Notes under the pieces: model-generated
Databases searched by the model: none
What the model saw: only the letters and a program-made list of their open reading frames with translations
Told to the model about the DNA's origin: nothing
Part shown: positions 18,994 to 29,900 of the stretch, piece by piece
Position numbering within the stretch: the stretch's first letter is position 1
Layout: every line of letters begins with the position of its first letter
From: a virus
Virus record (IMG/VR): IMGVR_UViG_3300032235_000776
Coordinates: 27,959-91,958 of that record
Reading direction: 5' to 3' (one strand)
Length of the DNA: 64,000 nt
Program-made: the position numbers and the translations under genes

Positions 18994-20982
18994 ATGAATA
19001 AAGTAAAGGTGAAAATAAAGAAACTCCCTATTAGTAATCAGGGTTCACCAAATTTCAATGAAATGGCTTACCAATATACTAGTAGTAATCCTCTGTCTTT
19101 CAAAGACTTAAAGGATTCTACAAGAATGATTGGAGAGGATCAATATGAAATAGGAACTAATTATCCTACAGAAAAAGATCCAAAGAAAGCAAATATAGAA
19201 GCAGAAAAAGGAGAATTAATTCTCACCAAAGACTTTGAACTATATAAAATCAATGGTAAGTCCCATGCAAAAGGAGGTGCTCCATTGTCTGTAAACGAAG
19301 GAGACTTTATCTTTTCTAAAAAATTAGAAGGATCCGGTAAGGATTTTAATAAAATATTTGGTAATTTTGACGAGAAAAAAAAGTACTCATATGCAGATGT
19401 GGCATCACGATTCCTAAAAATGAATGACCACAAAGTTCTTTCTACAGATTCCAATCCTATTGATAGAAAAACTGGAGTTAGAATGTATGAGGATTACAAA
19501 GATAAATTAGGCATGTTAGCATTCTTACAAGAAGTATCAAAAGGTTTACCAAATGGAATTCCGGCAATTGCTGCTCCTATGATTGAGAGATTAACTCAAG
19601 CTCCTATGGGCATGCAACCACAAATGCCACAAGGACCAGTAGAAGGAATGCAACTTCCAATGATGGAAGGACAAGAACCTCCTATACAAGAAATGCCTAC
19701 TGCAGGTCAACAAATGATGAAAAGAGGCGGGCCAATTCTTAAAAAGTATGTAGATGGTGGTGGAGAACAAAAATTAACATCTCAAGAATGGGATAGTAAA
19801 TATTACAAACCTCTTATTCAGTATTTACAAAAAACTTATCCTAATCAACAATTTAATATTGGTAACCACGGTGACTATCAAAGATTAGTAACTAATACTC
19901 CTGAGACATATAATGTATTAAAGGACTATTACACAACTGATAAAATGAAAATTACCAATAAGGGTAGAAAAGCTTTAAAGGCGGCCGGTGTAAAAGATGC
20001 AGATAAAATTGAGTACTATTCTCAATTACCAGATACTTATAAAACAGATGATTTTATTAAAGATCAATTTGTAGACGAGTTAGCTGGTTATAGAGGTGCA
20101 AACTTTATTCCAGAAGAAATTGTAAAGGCCGAGGAACCAATGGTCTATAAACAACCAGAACAAGGTCCAGAATATAACGAATTAGAAAATCCTGACACAG
20201 GAGGAAAACCCGTAGTATCTAATTACAGAAACTTAGGATACAACACAAATGAAAATCTTGCAATGATGAATGCATTACAAGCTATGACTTCTATTCCTTA
20301 TTATGCCCCTACAAGAATGCAAAACTATGGTTTACAAGAAGGCATGGGCCTTGCATCTAACATTATGCCTTATAACTATCAATCATTAATTAATGAAGCC
20401 AATAGATCCGGTATGAGAGGATTTCAAGCAAACAATGCATTTGCTGGTAACCCAAATATTGCAGCAGCTCGTAATGCTATGATAGCAGGTCAACTAGGAG
20501 AACAAACCTCTAAGATTAAAGGAGAAGAATACAATCAAAATGCTAACTTGTATAATACTAACCAAATGCAACTTGCACAAATGGCTGGACTAATTGGTCA
20601 AGATAAAGAACAACAAGGTGACTTGTATAACACAAGAGTAGTTCAAGGTAGAGAAAATAAATGGGCAAATCAACAACTTGCTAATAAACAATTTATTCAA
20701 GAACTTGTAAATGCAAATAATAATAGAACACTTAGAAATACAGTAGACTATTTAATGCAATCTCGTGATCCAAATTATAGATTTGCAAATGCAGATTTAA
20801 TGTCTGGATTTAATCAATTTGCAGATCCATTCTCTTATGTAGGGTCTTCAACTCCCGACGCAACAGGTAGAACTTCTCAGTACATAAAAGATTTTAAAGC
20901 ACTTTCTGGAGCAGGCTTAGGATTGACTCCTGCTGATATAGCAAAAATATTAGGTAATAATTACAAAGACCAAACTCAATAA
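18994..20982 (+). CDS. Conserved crAss-like cargo protein
   Basis: 662 aa. ANIEAEKGE...GKSHAKGG...FIFSKKL domain, MKRGG/YVDGG motifs, N/Q-rich helical C-terminus; lies upstream of the RNAP block. Confidence 0.6.
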   Translation: MNKVKVKIKKLPISNQGSPNFNEMAYQYTSSNPLSFKDLKDSTRMIGEDQYEIGTNYPTEKDPKKANIEAEKGELILTKDFELYKINGKSHAKGGAPLSVNEGDFIFSKKLEGSGKDFNKIFGNFDEKKKYSYADVASRFLKMNDHKVLSTDSNPIDRKTGVRMYEDYKDKLGMLAFLQEVSKGLPNGIPAIAAPMIERLTQAPMGMQPQMPQGPVEGMQLPMMEGQEPPIQEMPTAGQQMMKRGGPILKKYVDGGGEQKLTSQEWDSKYYKPLIQYLQKTYPNQQFNIGNHGDYQRLVTNTPETYNVLKDYYTTDKMKITNKGRKALKAAGVKDADKIEYYSQLPDTYKTDDFIKDQFVDELAGYRGANFIPEEIVKAEEPMVYKQPEQGPEYNELENPDTGGKPVVSNYRNLGYNTNENLAMMNALQAMTSIPYYAPTRMQNYGLQEGMGLASNIMPYNYQSLINEANRSGMRGFQANNAFAGNPNIAAARNAMIAGQLGEQTSKIKGEEYNQNANLYNTNQMQLAQMAGLIGQDKEQQGDLYNTRVVQGRENKWANQQLANKQFIQELVNANNNRTLRNTVDYLMQSRDPNYRFANADLMSGFNQFADPFSYVGSSTPDATGRTSQYIKDFKALSGAGLGLTPADIAKILGNNYKDQTQ

Positions 20983-20984
20983 AA

Positions 20985-23972
20985 ATGGCATCATTCGTAC
21001 CACCTCAAGTAGATCATAATTTATATACACCAATTCTGCCACAGGATAATGTGATGCAGATATTTAGTTTGTTGGATCAAAAGCAACAATTTTATAATCA
21101 AGGTGTTAAAGCAGCTCAGACTAAAATATCTTCAATGCTATCTCTGGAAAAAGATGTTACATCTGAACCAGTAAAAAACATGGTAACTGATTTTAATACT
21201 AAAGCAAATGATCTAATTAAACAATATTCAAATCTTGATTTTTCATTACAGGGTAATGTACAGTTAATTGATAATATCTACGATCCATTATTAGATAATG
21301 AAGTATTTTTAAATGATTACACTGCTACTAAAAATTATAATACACAAGCTCAGAGAGCACTTAGTTACAAAGATTCAACAGATGAAAAAACCAGAAATCT
21401 TTTTAATCAAAAAAATCTTGACATACTAGATATTAAAAGACAAGATTTGGCAGGGGCAAAAACTGAAAAAGATATTAAAGTATATTCTGCTAGACTTGCA
21501 AATACTTCATATACACCATATTACGATTACAATGCTGAGTTAATGGGATATATGAAAGATAACAAGGATATGTTTGAAATGGTAAGAGATGAAAGATCCG
21601 GGGGAGTTATAATAAGTCATAAAAATGGACCACAAAGATATGAGTCCCTTAAATCTTTTGTGGATACTTATCTATCTGATAAAGCCAGAAATCAAATTGA
21701 AATTGAAGAAAGTGTGAATTTTGCAAATTCATTAAGATCTTCAGGATTAACTAAAGAACAATTTTTAAATCAAACTATAACAAATTCCAAAGAGTCTTTA
21801 GAACAAGAAACTCTTCAAAAACAAAAAGAAGTTGATCAAGTTTCTGATTTATTAAAGTCTTATCCTAAAACTAATTTAAATACTAAACAACAAGCTGAAG
21901 TAAATCAGTTAAATGAAATGCTTCAAAAGAGAACTAGCCTACTTGAAAAAAGTCAATCAGTACTTTCTAACTTTAATAACTTCATGCAAAAAGCTACAAA
22001 TGGTGAAGTAGAATTATCTAGATATTATGATGTAGCAGAAAATCTGGTAGTGACTGATAGTATAGAAAAGAAAATAAATAATCTGGCTTATGGTTTAGTT
22101 GGTCCGGAAAGTATTACTATAGCAAGTGATGTAGCATATTGGGAAGGTGTAAAAGAAAGTAGATTAATGAAAGATCTATTACATACAATTGATAATGATG
22201 CTATAAAAAATACTTTAGACGCTAAAAGATTACTTTTAGATGCAGCTAAAGAAGGATTAGTATGGGATCCTAAAACAGAAAGTTATTTACCATCTACATA
22301 TGGAATTACTCAAAGTTTTTATGGAGCATCAACAGCTGAACAAGGTGTAATAACTCCAACAACAACAGACTCTTATAACTCTTCTTTAGAAGAGATAAAT
22401 AATACTCAAAGAGATAATACTATAGAATCTACTATGAAAATAGTAGAGGCACAAGCTTTAGCAAAAAACACTCCTTTAAATAATAGTGAGTTATTATTAT
22501 TAAGAAAAGTAATTACTGAAAATCCTTTAAATACTTCTATTGTAGAGTTGTATAAAAAATATGCTAATGATCAGAGTATAAGATCAGTGTTAACTAAATC
22601 AGGAATAGGCCAAACTAAATTCTTAAAAAATAATTTAGGTGGAGTTTTATCGGGATTAGTTACAGATGCTGAAAATTATGTAAAAAATACTAGTAGAGAT
22701 CAATCTGGTAGTAACGCTGGTAATTATGATTTATTAAACAAAACTTTATCAGATCATTCTATTAAATCTAAAATGATTGATATTGAAAAAACAATTTTAG
22801 TAGATGCATTAAAAAAAGATGTCGAAGAATTTGAAAAACAATTTCCGGAATATAAAGGTAATTTAAAAGTTGATGAAAATGGAAAAATAGTTGTACTTGA
22901 TGAAGATAAAGAAAACGATATAAATCCTATTTTATACTCTCCAACTCCAGCTTATGAATTAGCTAATACAGCTTTAAATTTTTTATTTCCAAAAATACCA
23001 AAAAATACAACTCAAAAATTTAACGAATTCTTAAAAACTCAAAAAGGAGCACTCGGTAATGTTGGAAAATATATGCAAAATACAATTGCTTCTGAACAAG
23101 GTACATTTGATTGGTTAGCTCAAAATAAACAACTATATCTTAATAATCCGGAAAACTATCAATTAACTGAAGAAGAGTATAATATAAGTAACTATAAAAA
23201 AGATGCAGCAGCCTACTGGGACACTGAGTCTACAGAAAGAAATGTATTAAATAGTATTCAAGATCAGTTTTTACAAAGTATTGGCGATGAAAGATTTAAA
23301 CTTGGAAATAAAAACTTAATGTCTGTAGGTTCAAAAGTTATAGAAAGATCAGGATCTACAACTGTATACCCTACAATATCTTATTTAAGATATATTTTTG
23401 GATTAACAGATGCAGAAGGAAAAGCATTAGACATCGAAAGAACTGGAATAGTAGATGATGATAGTTTTGATAAAATGCTGACTGCAGTTTCAAAATATGG
23501 TGTTACTATAAAAACCCCGGGAACTAAAAACAAAAATTCTTTAAATATGCAAACGTATTTAAATGCTGGAAATATAATAGATTTGTCAAAATCTAATGCA
23601 GGTTCAACTGTAGATTTTAAATTAGCACAATCTTCAAATAAAAATAGTTACGCAGTTGAAGGAAAATTTAAATCAGAAGATGACTTTTTCTTTGATAGAT
23701 CATATTTTTATACTGCGGATCCAAATACTAACACTATAAAACCTTATTCTTCACAAGCTAATTATTATAAATTTGATTTAGCTCCTGGACAGTTGGATGA
23801 AAGTATTATTCCACCACTTAACGAAGGAATTGATACTCAGTTATTTTATAATCAAAAAAAGAATAATACAAATACAGTAAGTAATTTTATTAATTACTTA
23901 AAACAAAAAAATATATCTACTGATAAAATTAGTGGAGCAATAATTATGGATTATTTAATTTCACTAAAATAA
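20985..23972 (+). CDS. Putative ejected/cargo virion protein
   Basis: 995 aa, helical/coiled-coil, no Cys seen; YTPYYDY motif; immediately upstream of the giant-protein block. Confidence 0.55.
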   Translation: MASFVPPQVDHNLYTPILPQDNVMQIFSLLDQKQQFYNQGVKAAQTKISSMLSLEKDVTSEPVKNMVTDFNTKANDLIKQYSNLDFSLQGNVQLIDNIYDPLLDNEVFLNDYTATKNYNTQAQRALSYKDSTDEKTRNLFNQKNLDILDIKRQDLAGAKTEKDIKVYSARLANTSYTPYYDYNAELMGYMKDNKDMFEMVRDERSGGVIISHKNGPQRYESLKSFVDTYLSDKARNQIEIEESVNFANSLRSSGLTKEQFLNQTITNSKESLEQETLQKQKEVDQVSDLLKSYPKTNLNTKQQAEVNQLNEMLQKRTSLLEKSQSVLSNFNNFMQKATNGEVELSRYYDVAENLVVTDSIEKKINNLAYGLVGPESITIASDVAYWEGVKESRLMKDLLHTIDNDAIKNTLDAKRLLLDAAKEGLVWDPKTESYLPSTYGITQSFYGASTAEQGVITPTTTDSYNSSLEEINNTQRDNTIESTMKIVEAQALAKNTPLNNSELLLLRKVITENPLNTSIVELYKKYANDQSIRSVLTKSGIGQTKFLKNNLGGVLSGLVTDAENYVKNTSRDQSGSNAGNYDLLNKTLSDHSIKSKMIDIEKTILVDALKKDVEEFEKQFPEYKGNLKVDENGKIVVLDEDKENDINPILYSPTPAYELANTALNFLFPKIPKNTTQKFNEFLKTQKGALGNVGKYMQNTIASEQGTFDWLAQNKQLYLNNPENYQLTEEEYNISNYKKDAAAYWDTESTERNVLNSIQDQFLQSIGDERFKLGNKNLMSVGSKVIERSGSTTVYPTISYLRYIFGLTDAEGKALDIERTGIVDDDSFDKMLTAVSKYGVTIKTPGTKNKNSLNMQTYLNAGNIIDLSKSNAGSTVDFKLAQSSNKNSYAVEGKFKSEDDFFFDRSYFYTADPNTNTIKPYSSQANYYKFDLAPGQLDESIIPPLNEGIDTQLFYNQKKNNTNTVSNFINYLKQKNISTDKISGAIIMDYLISLK

Positions 23973-23973
23973 A

Positions 23974-26900
23974 ATGGATTTTTTAGAATTACCAAAAAAC
24001 AATTCAGGAATTGTAGAGTCAGCTGACAAAAAAGGTTTAGGGCTAAATGATATACTATCAAAACCTTTAACTAAAGAACAAATACTAAATAACCCTTATG
24101 CGGTTATACCTCTAAATAAAATAGAAGGGGTTGGTAGATATTTAAATTCAAGTACTTATAATAAATTAGGATTTTCATTTGATCCTGATTTAGATACTAA
24201 ATATTACAAAGAAACTCCTTGGTATAAGCAAGTAGGTAATGCTACTGGCCAATTTTTTGGACAAGCTGGTGCTGCTTTTGATGCTCAATTCTCAAAATTA
24301 GAACAAATAAAGGAAACATTTGGAACTACTGATGGTGACTACTTAAAAGATGCATTTCAAGCTTCTGAGGATTTAAGAGAGAAGTATCCCGTATTTAAAT
24401 CTTCAAATGAAACTTATGGTATACTAGGTTATATTCCTTTTGTAGGAGATTCATTTTCAAAATGGACAAATTTTATTCCTAATTTAGGTTTTACTGCCGG
24501 TACATTAGGAGGTGTATTTTTAGAAAATGCAGTTGCAACTGCAATTATTGAAGCTACAACTGGTGGATTGGGTACACCATTAGCTACAAGTAAATGGGTA
24601 AAAGACTTATATAGTGGAATTAAATCTATTAAAAGTTTTAATGACATTAAAAAAATGGCGACTTTCGCTAAGGTTGGAGAAGGAATATATGAAGCTGAAA
24701 AAGTATTAGGAAGTGCAGGTAATATTGTTAGGGGAGTAGAAGCAATTAAAGCAGGTAAATCTCTTAAAGGATCCTTACACTCTATATATGGAAGTTATCA
24801 ATTATATTCATCTGCAGCTGCAGAAGCATTAATTGAAAATGCTAACTCAGTAGGTGAAGTTATGAAAGATTTTAAAACTGACTTCATTGATAAAAACGGA
24901 AGAGAACCAAATGGAGAAGAACTTGCAAGAATGCAAGAATCTGCAGAAGGTTTAATATTACCATCTTCACTTGGTAATATAGGTATTTTAATGGCCTCTA
25001 ACGCATTACAAGAAATGAATGCGTTTAAAGCCGGTAAATCATTATCATCATTTGCAATATCAGGTAGTGGTAAAGTTGGAGAAGCAGTTGGTAAAAAAGT
25101 AATATTTGATAAAACTACTGGGTTATATAGAGATAGATTAGCAAGTGAAATTACAAAGGGTAAATGGCTATCAGCTGGTAGATTTTTATTAGGAGTTGGT
25201 TCAGAAGGTTTAGAAGAATCTGCACAAGGAGTAGTAGCAGAGGCTACAAAGAATTATTTTAAAGCAAAGTATTATAATAAACCAATTGGTTGGACCGATG
25301 CTCTTGGACAAGGTTTTGCATATGCAGCATCTGATCAAGGTATGGAAGAATTTTGGGCCGGTGTAGTAACAGGTGGATTATTTTCTGGAGGAGGTAAAGC
25401 AATTAATCAGTATCAATTTAGAAAAGATGAAAAAGCTTTATTTAAAAAAACTGGAAAAACAATTGATCAGTTAGCTCAAGATGAAAGAAAAGATCTTAAT
25501 GAAGAAGTAATACCACTTTTAAAATATAGTTTAGCTACATCTCAATCTTCTGAAAATGTAAAAGTACAAACTGTTGTACAACAAAAAATGAATGAAGCCT
25601 ATTCTCAAGGAAAACAACTTCAAGGAGATATATACAGAGGACAAGGTTTAAATAAAGCAATGTTTACTGCTAAGTATTATGGAAAAGATCAAGAGTTATT
25701 AAATCACTACAAAGAGTTAAATAAACTTGAAAGAAGTGATTTAGCAAAGTATTTAAATGTAGAAGAAAATCAACTAGCTTCACCAGAAGAGTTTGAAGAA
25801 ACTATAAAAGACCTAGAATTTTTATCAGCCAGTATAGATAGAGCAGCAAAAAAAGTACCTAACCCTGGAAAGAAAGTCAATATTTCAGATCCTAAATATG
25901 CAAATATGGATCCTAAAGAAATGCAAGAAGCTTACATAAAAGACAGTGTAATGTTTGAAGCATGGCAAGGTGCTCAAGAATTATTGGTGGCTCAAGAGTT
26001 TCTTCTTTATAAAACAAAAAACAAATATAAAAATCTAAAATTAGATTTAGAATCTACTAATGTATCTTTAGATCTGTTAGCAGCTGTAATGTCTAGAGAT
26101 GATGAGACTTCTGCTTTACAGAAAAAGTTATTTTTCTTACAAACAAGGTTAGAAGAAACAGATGAAAAACTTAAGACGCAAAAAAACAAAAAAGAACTTA
26201 AAAATTTAAAAACTGATAAAGAAGAACTTACAAAAGAAATAGATGAAATAAAGGAAAAAGTAAAAGGTGATCTTCCAAGTAATCCAACAATAAATTACAT
26301 TACTGAATTAACAAAAAGAATACAAGAAAAAACTCAATCTTTACAATCTCTTAAAGAAGCTGAAAAAACAAAAGATCCTTTATATACACAGTATTTAGAA
26401 GAAATAAGAAATCTACAAGAAGAATTTTTAATTGTAGCAGATGAACGTTTAAGTCAAGAAGAAAAACTTACTAGAATTAATGAATTAAGACCAGACGATA
26501 AAAAGTTTAAATTTAACAGAGAGGACTTACTTAGAGAAAGTAATGTAAATAATCTTAATGATGTAATTAATGCATTTGATCTTCTAGGTGAATTAAAAGA
26601 AACTATAGATTATTCTGAAGATGTAATTGGAAACCTTAGTTCTCCAGAAAAAATGCAAAAATATGGTGCATTAATGTTTGATAGAATCTATAGAGCTAGA
26701 AAAGAATTATTCAGTAATATATTAGCAGGAAAAACATCTGAAGATATAGAGGAAGAAGATGAAATTATATCTGAAACAGAAGTAAAAGAAAAAACTAAAG
26801 AAAAAAAGAAAGCCCCTTTTAAACCAGGTAATAAAGTTATTTATCAGGAAAAAGAATATACTCTTGATAAAATAGAATTTAAAGATGGTGAAAGCACTTA

Positions 26901-29900
26901 TATCTTAAAGGATGAAAAAGATAATGTAGTAAGAGTAACTGATGCTAGTGAACTTAGTACGGTAGAGGATAAAGAAAAACTTTCAGATATAGAAAGTTTA
27001 GTTATTACAGAAGAAAATTATAATAATTGGAGTAATGTTAGAGATAGATCTGATTATGATGCTTTTGTAGAGCAAGTCAAATATACTCTAGGTCAATTTG
27101 ATAAGGTACAAGATAAGTCTAAGATAACTCCAGAGACTGTAGAAGAAATGCTTTCATCAGTAAAAGCATTCTCTAATAAAGCAATTAGAGACAAAGTTAT
27201 TCCTTTAATTGTTGCAAAGTATGGTGCAAAAGAAACTTCTGTAGAAGAAGAATTAGTCACTTTAGAAAAACAACCTATTGAGACTAAAGAAGAACTTTCT
27301 CAAGAAGAGAAAATGCATAATGAGATTTTGTCCGCTCTTGCAAATGCTTTAGATGAAGCAGCTTTTACTGGAGCAAGAAAGTTGACAGAAGAAGAAAAAG
27401 CACTTGAACAAGAAATTATAAAAACTATTCAAGCTAAATATGGAATAAAAGAAAAAACCCCAGAACAAAAACTTAACTTCTTAAATAATAACGAGGGAAG
27501 GGTAGTTAAAATAAATGGCATCCAAGGTGTACTTACAAAAGTAAATGAAAATCTTTTTGAATTAGAGACTCCTAATAGAATTTATGAATTAAGTCCGGAA
27601 GATATAAAAACTTTTGAGCAAGGTTCAAAACCAAAATCATTGGCTAAGTATAAAGTTAAGAATGTAACTGAAACTGAAGTAGTTGTAAATGATGTTAAGT
27701 ACAAAATTAATACAGATACTAAAGGAAACATTATATCATTATCTCCTGAAAACAAACCAACTCAGGAAATTAAAAATGAAAAATTATTAATTGCAGTAGA
27801 GATTGAAAGAAACAAAAAGAAAGTAGCAGATACTACTAAAACAAATCAAAGAGTAGATAAATTAGAGAGTTTATATCCTACTTTAAATAAAATGCTGGAT
27901 AAGATGTGGGATGTAAATATGACTGATACTATTGCAGTTGCTCTAGATAAGTTATATGACAATAAACCTATAACTGAATCTGAAGCATTACAAACTGCTA
28001 TTTGGTTAAAAGATGTATTTGAAAGAATTGCAGAATTTATTAAACCAAGTAATACTAAAGAAGAAAATGATGTAATTCTAGAGGCCTATAACATAGCTGA
28101 GGGTATAAACTCTTTGCTTTATGATAATAATAATATTACAACCAATTATGAAGAAAACAGTAAAACAGCAACAGATGTTGAAGAAGTTAAAAGTAATGTC
28201 TCTACCAAAAGAGATCCTTCAAGAAATCGACGCAAAAATAAAGTAGAAGAAACTACTGAAAAAGAAAAAGGACAGAAAGAAAAACTAATTGAATCCTTAA
28301 AACAAGCTAAGGAGTTAGTAAGTAAAATAAAAGACCTCAAGGTAGATCTTAAAGAAATATTTACACTTATTAAAAAGAGAAGCTATAATAGTTGGAAAAA
28401 TAGTTTGGACTCTGATAAATTAACTTTGGATTTAGAAGACGTAGCTTTACCTTGGAATGACCAAGCTGCTAATGACATAGAAATAACTAAGTATTTAATA
28501 AACAGATACATAGAAACTGAGTTAAATATGTTAGGAGAATCTGGCTTAGGAGAAAAGAAAGAAGAAGAAGTTATTAAAACCGAACCTGGAAATTCTGGAA
28601 ACTTAAATGTTTCAGATGCTTTAGAAACTTTAGATCCGGTATCTAAAGAAGATGAAAAAGAACCTATAAAAACAAAGGAAGATTTTATCCTAGAGCTCGC
28701 TCAAAAAATTGCAGATAAAATAGGCCAAGGTAAAAAGTATAGATTTACTAAAGTAGAAAAAGAATTCTATGAAAATAACAAGAATGAAATTAACTATTTA
28801 GTAGAGCAACTTACAAATCCGGTAATTGAATCAAAAGAAGAAGAAATAACTAAAGAATCATTTATAGATTTATTTAACAAGTTACTTTTAATCTCTGGAA
28901 AAAGCATAGATAAAGATAGTAACCCTATTTATAGTATTCTAAGAAGAATAAAATTTTCTATTGCAGACTCCTGGTTTAAATTTAAAACTAAAGAAGTATC
29001 TTATAACCTTAAGAAAGTATTAGAAAAATTATCAAAGACTTATACTAATGTAACCTTTAATAACATTCCTAAGAAATACTTTTCAAAAGGAGAAGAAACA
29101 CAAGGAGCAGAAACTTATGTAAATAGAATAGTAAATAAAAATGTACAAAAAGAATATGATGAATTTAAATTATTTGAACATCAGCATTCTTTACATTTAG
29201 ATATTACTAAAGAAAATACAGAAGCCATTATGAATATATTAATGGACTTTGCAAATAACAATGATGTGTACATACTTATTGGTAGTGCTTACAATATTGC
29301 TCGTCCAGATAATATAAGAATTTATTCTAAAGGAGAAAAAATCTCAACAGAAAAATTGGATGAGTTATTAAGTAGATTTACTACCCTAACAAGTAGCACA
29401 ATAGATAATCCAGTTATTAATGATATTCAATATGAAAGACTACCAAGTACTCAAGAATTAATTGATTTTTTAAAGACTGTAGATGAGGATATTAAAGAAC
29501 AAATACTTAATTACTTAGGTCTTTATGAAAAAGACAGAGACTTTTTAAAGAAGGGATCCCGTAAAGACTATAAAAACGGACTATCATTAAACTCATTAGC
29601 ATCTGCTAAAATACTAGTAAAAGCCTATAACAAGTTTAAACAAACCGGTAAACTTAATAATAGAGATATTATAGAACCAGTTATTAAACAACAACTTAAA
29701 AAAGCAGCTTTCTATGGTGAGGTATCTGATCTTTATAATGAGTTATTAAGTAATGACATATTTAAACAAATCAGTAATACTGACTACTTTAAATCTTTAG
29801 TAGAAGAAGCAAAAGCTAAAATGGATAAATTATCCGTGTTTAATTTTGCAAATCGCACACTATCTATAGGCACTGTTCTTTATGATAAAGACAATGAATA

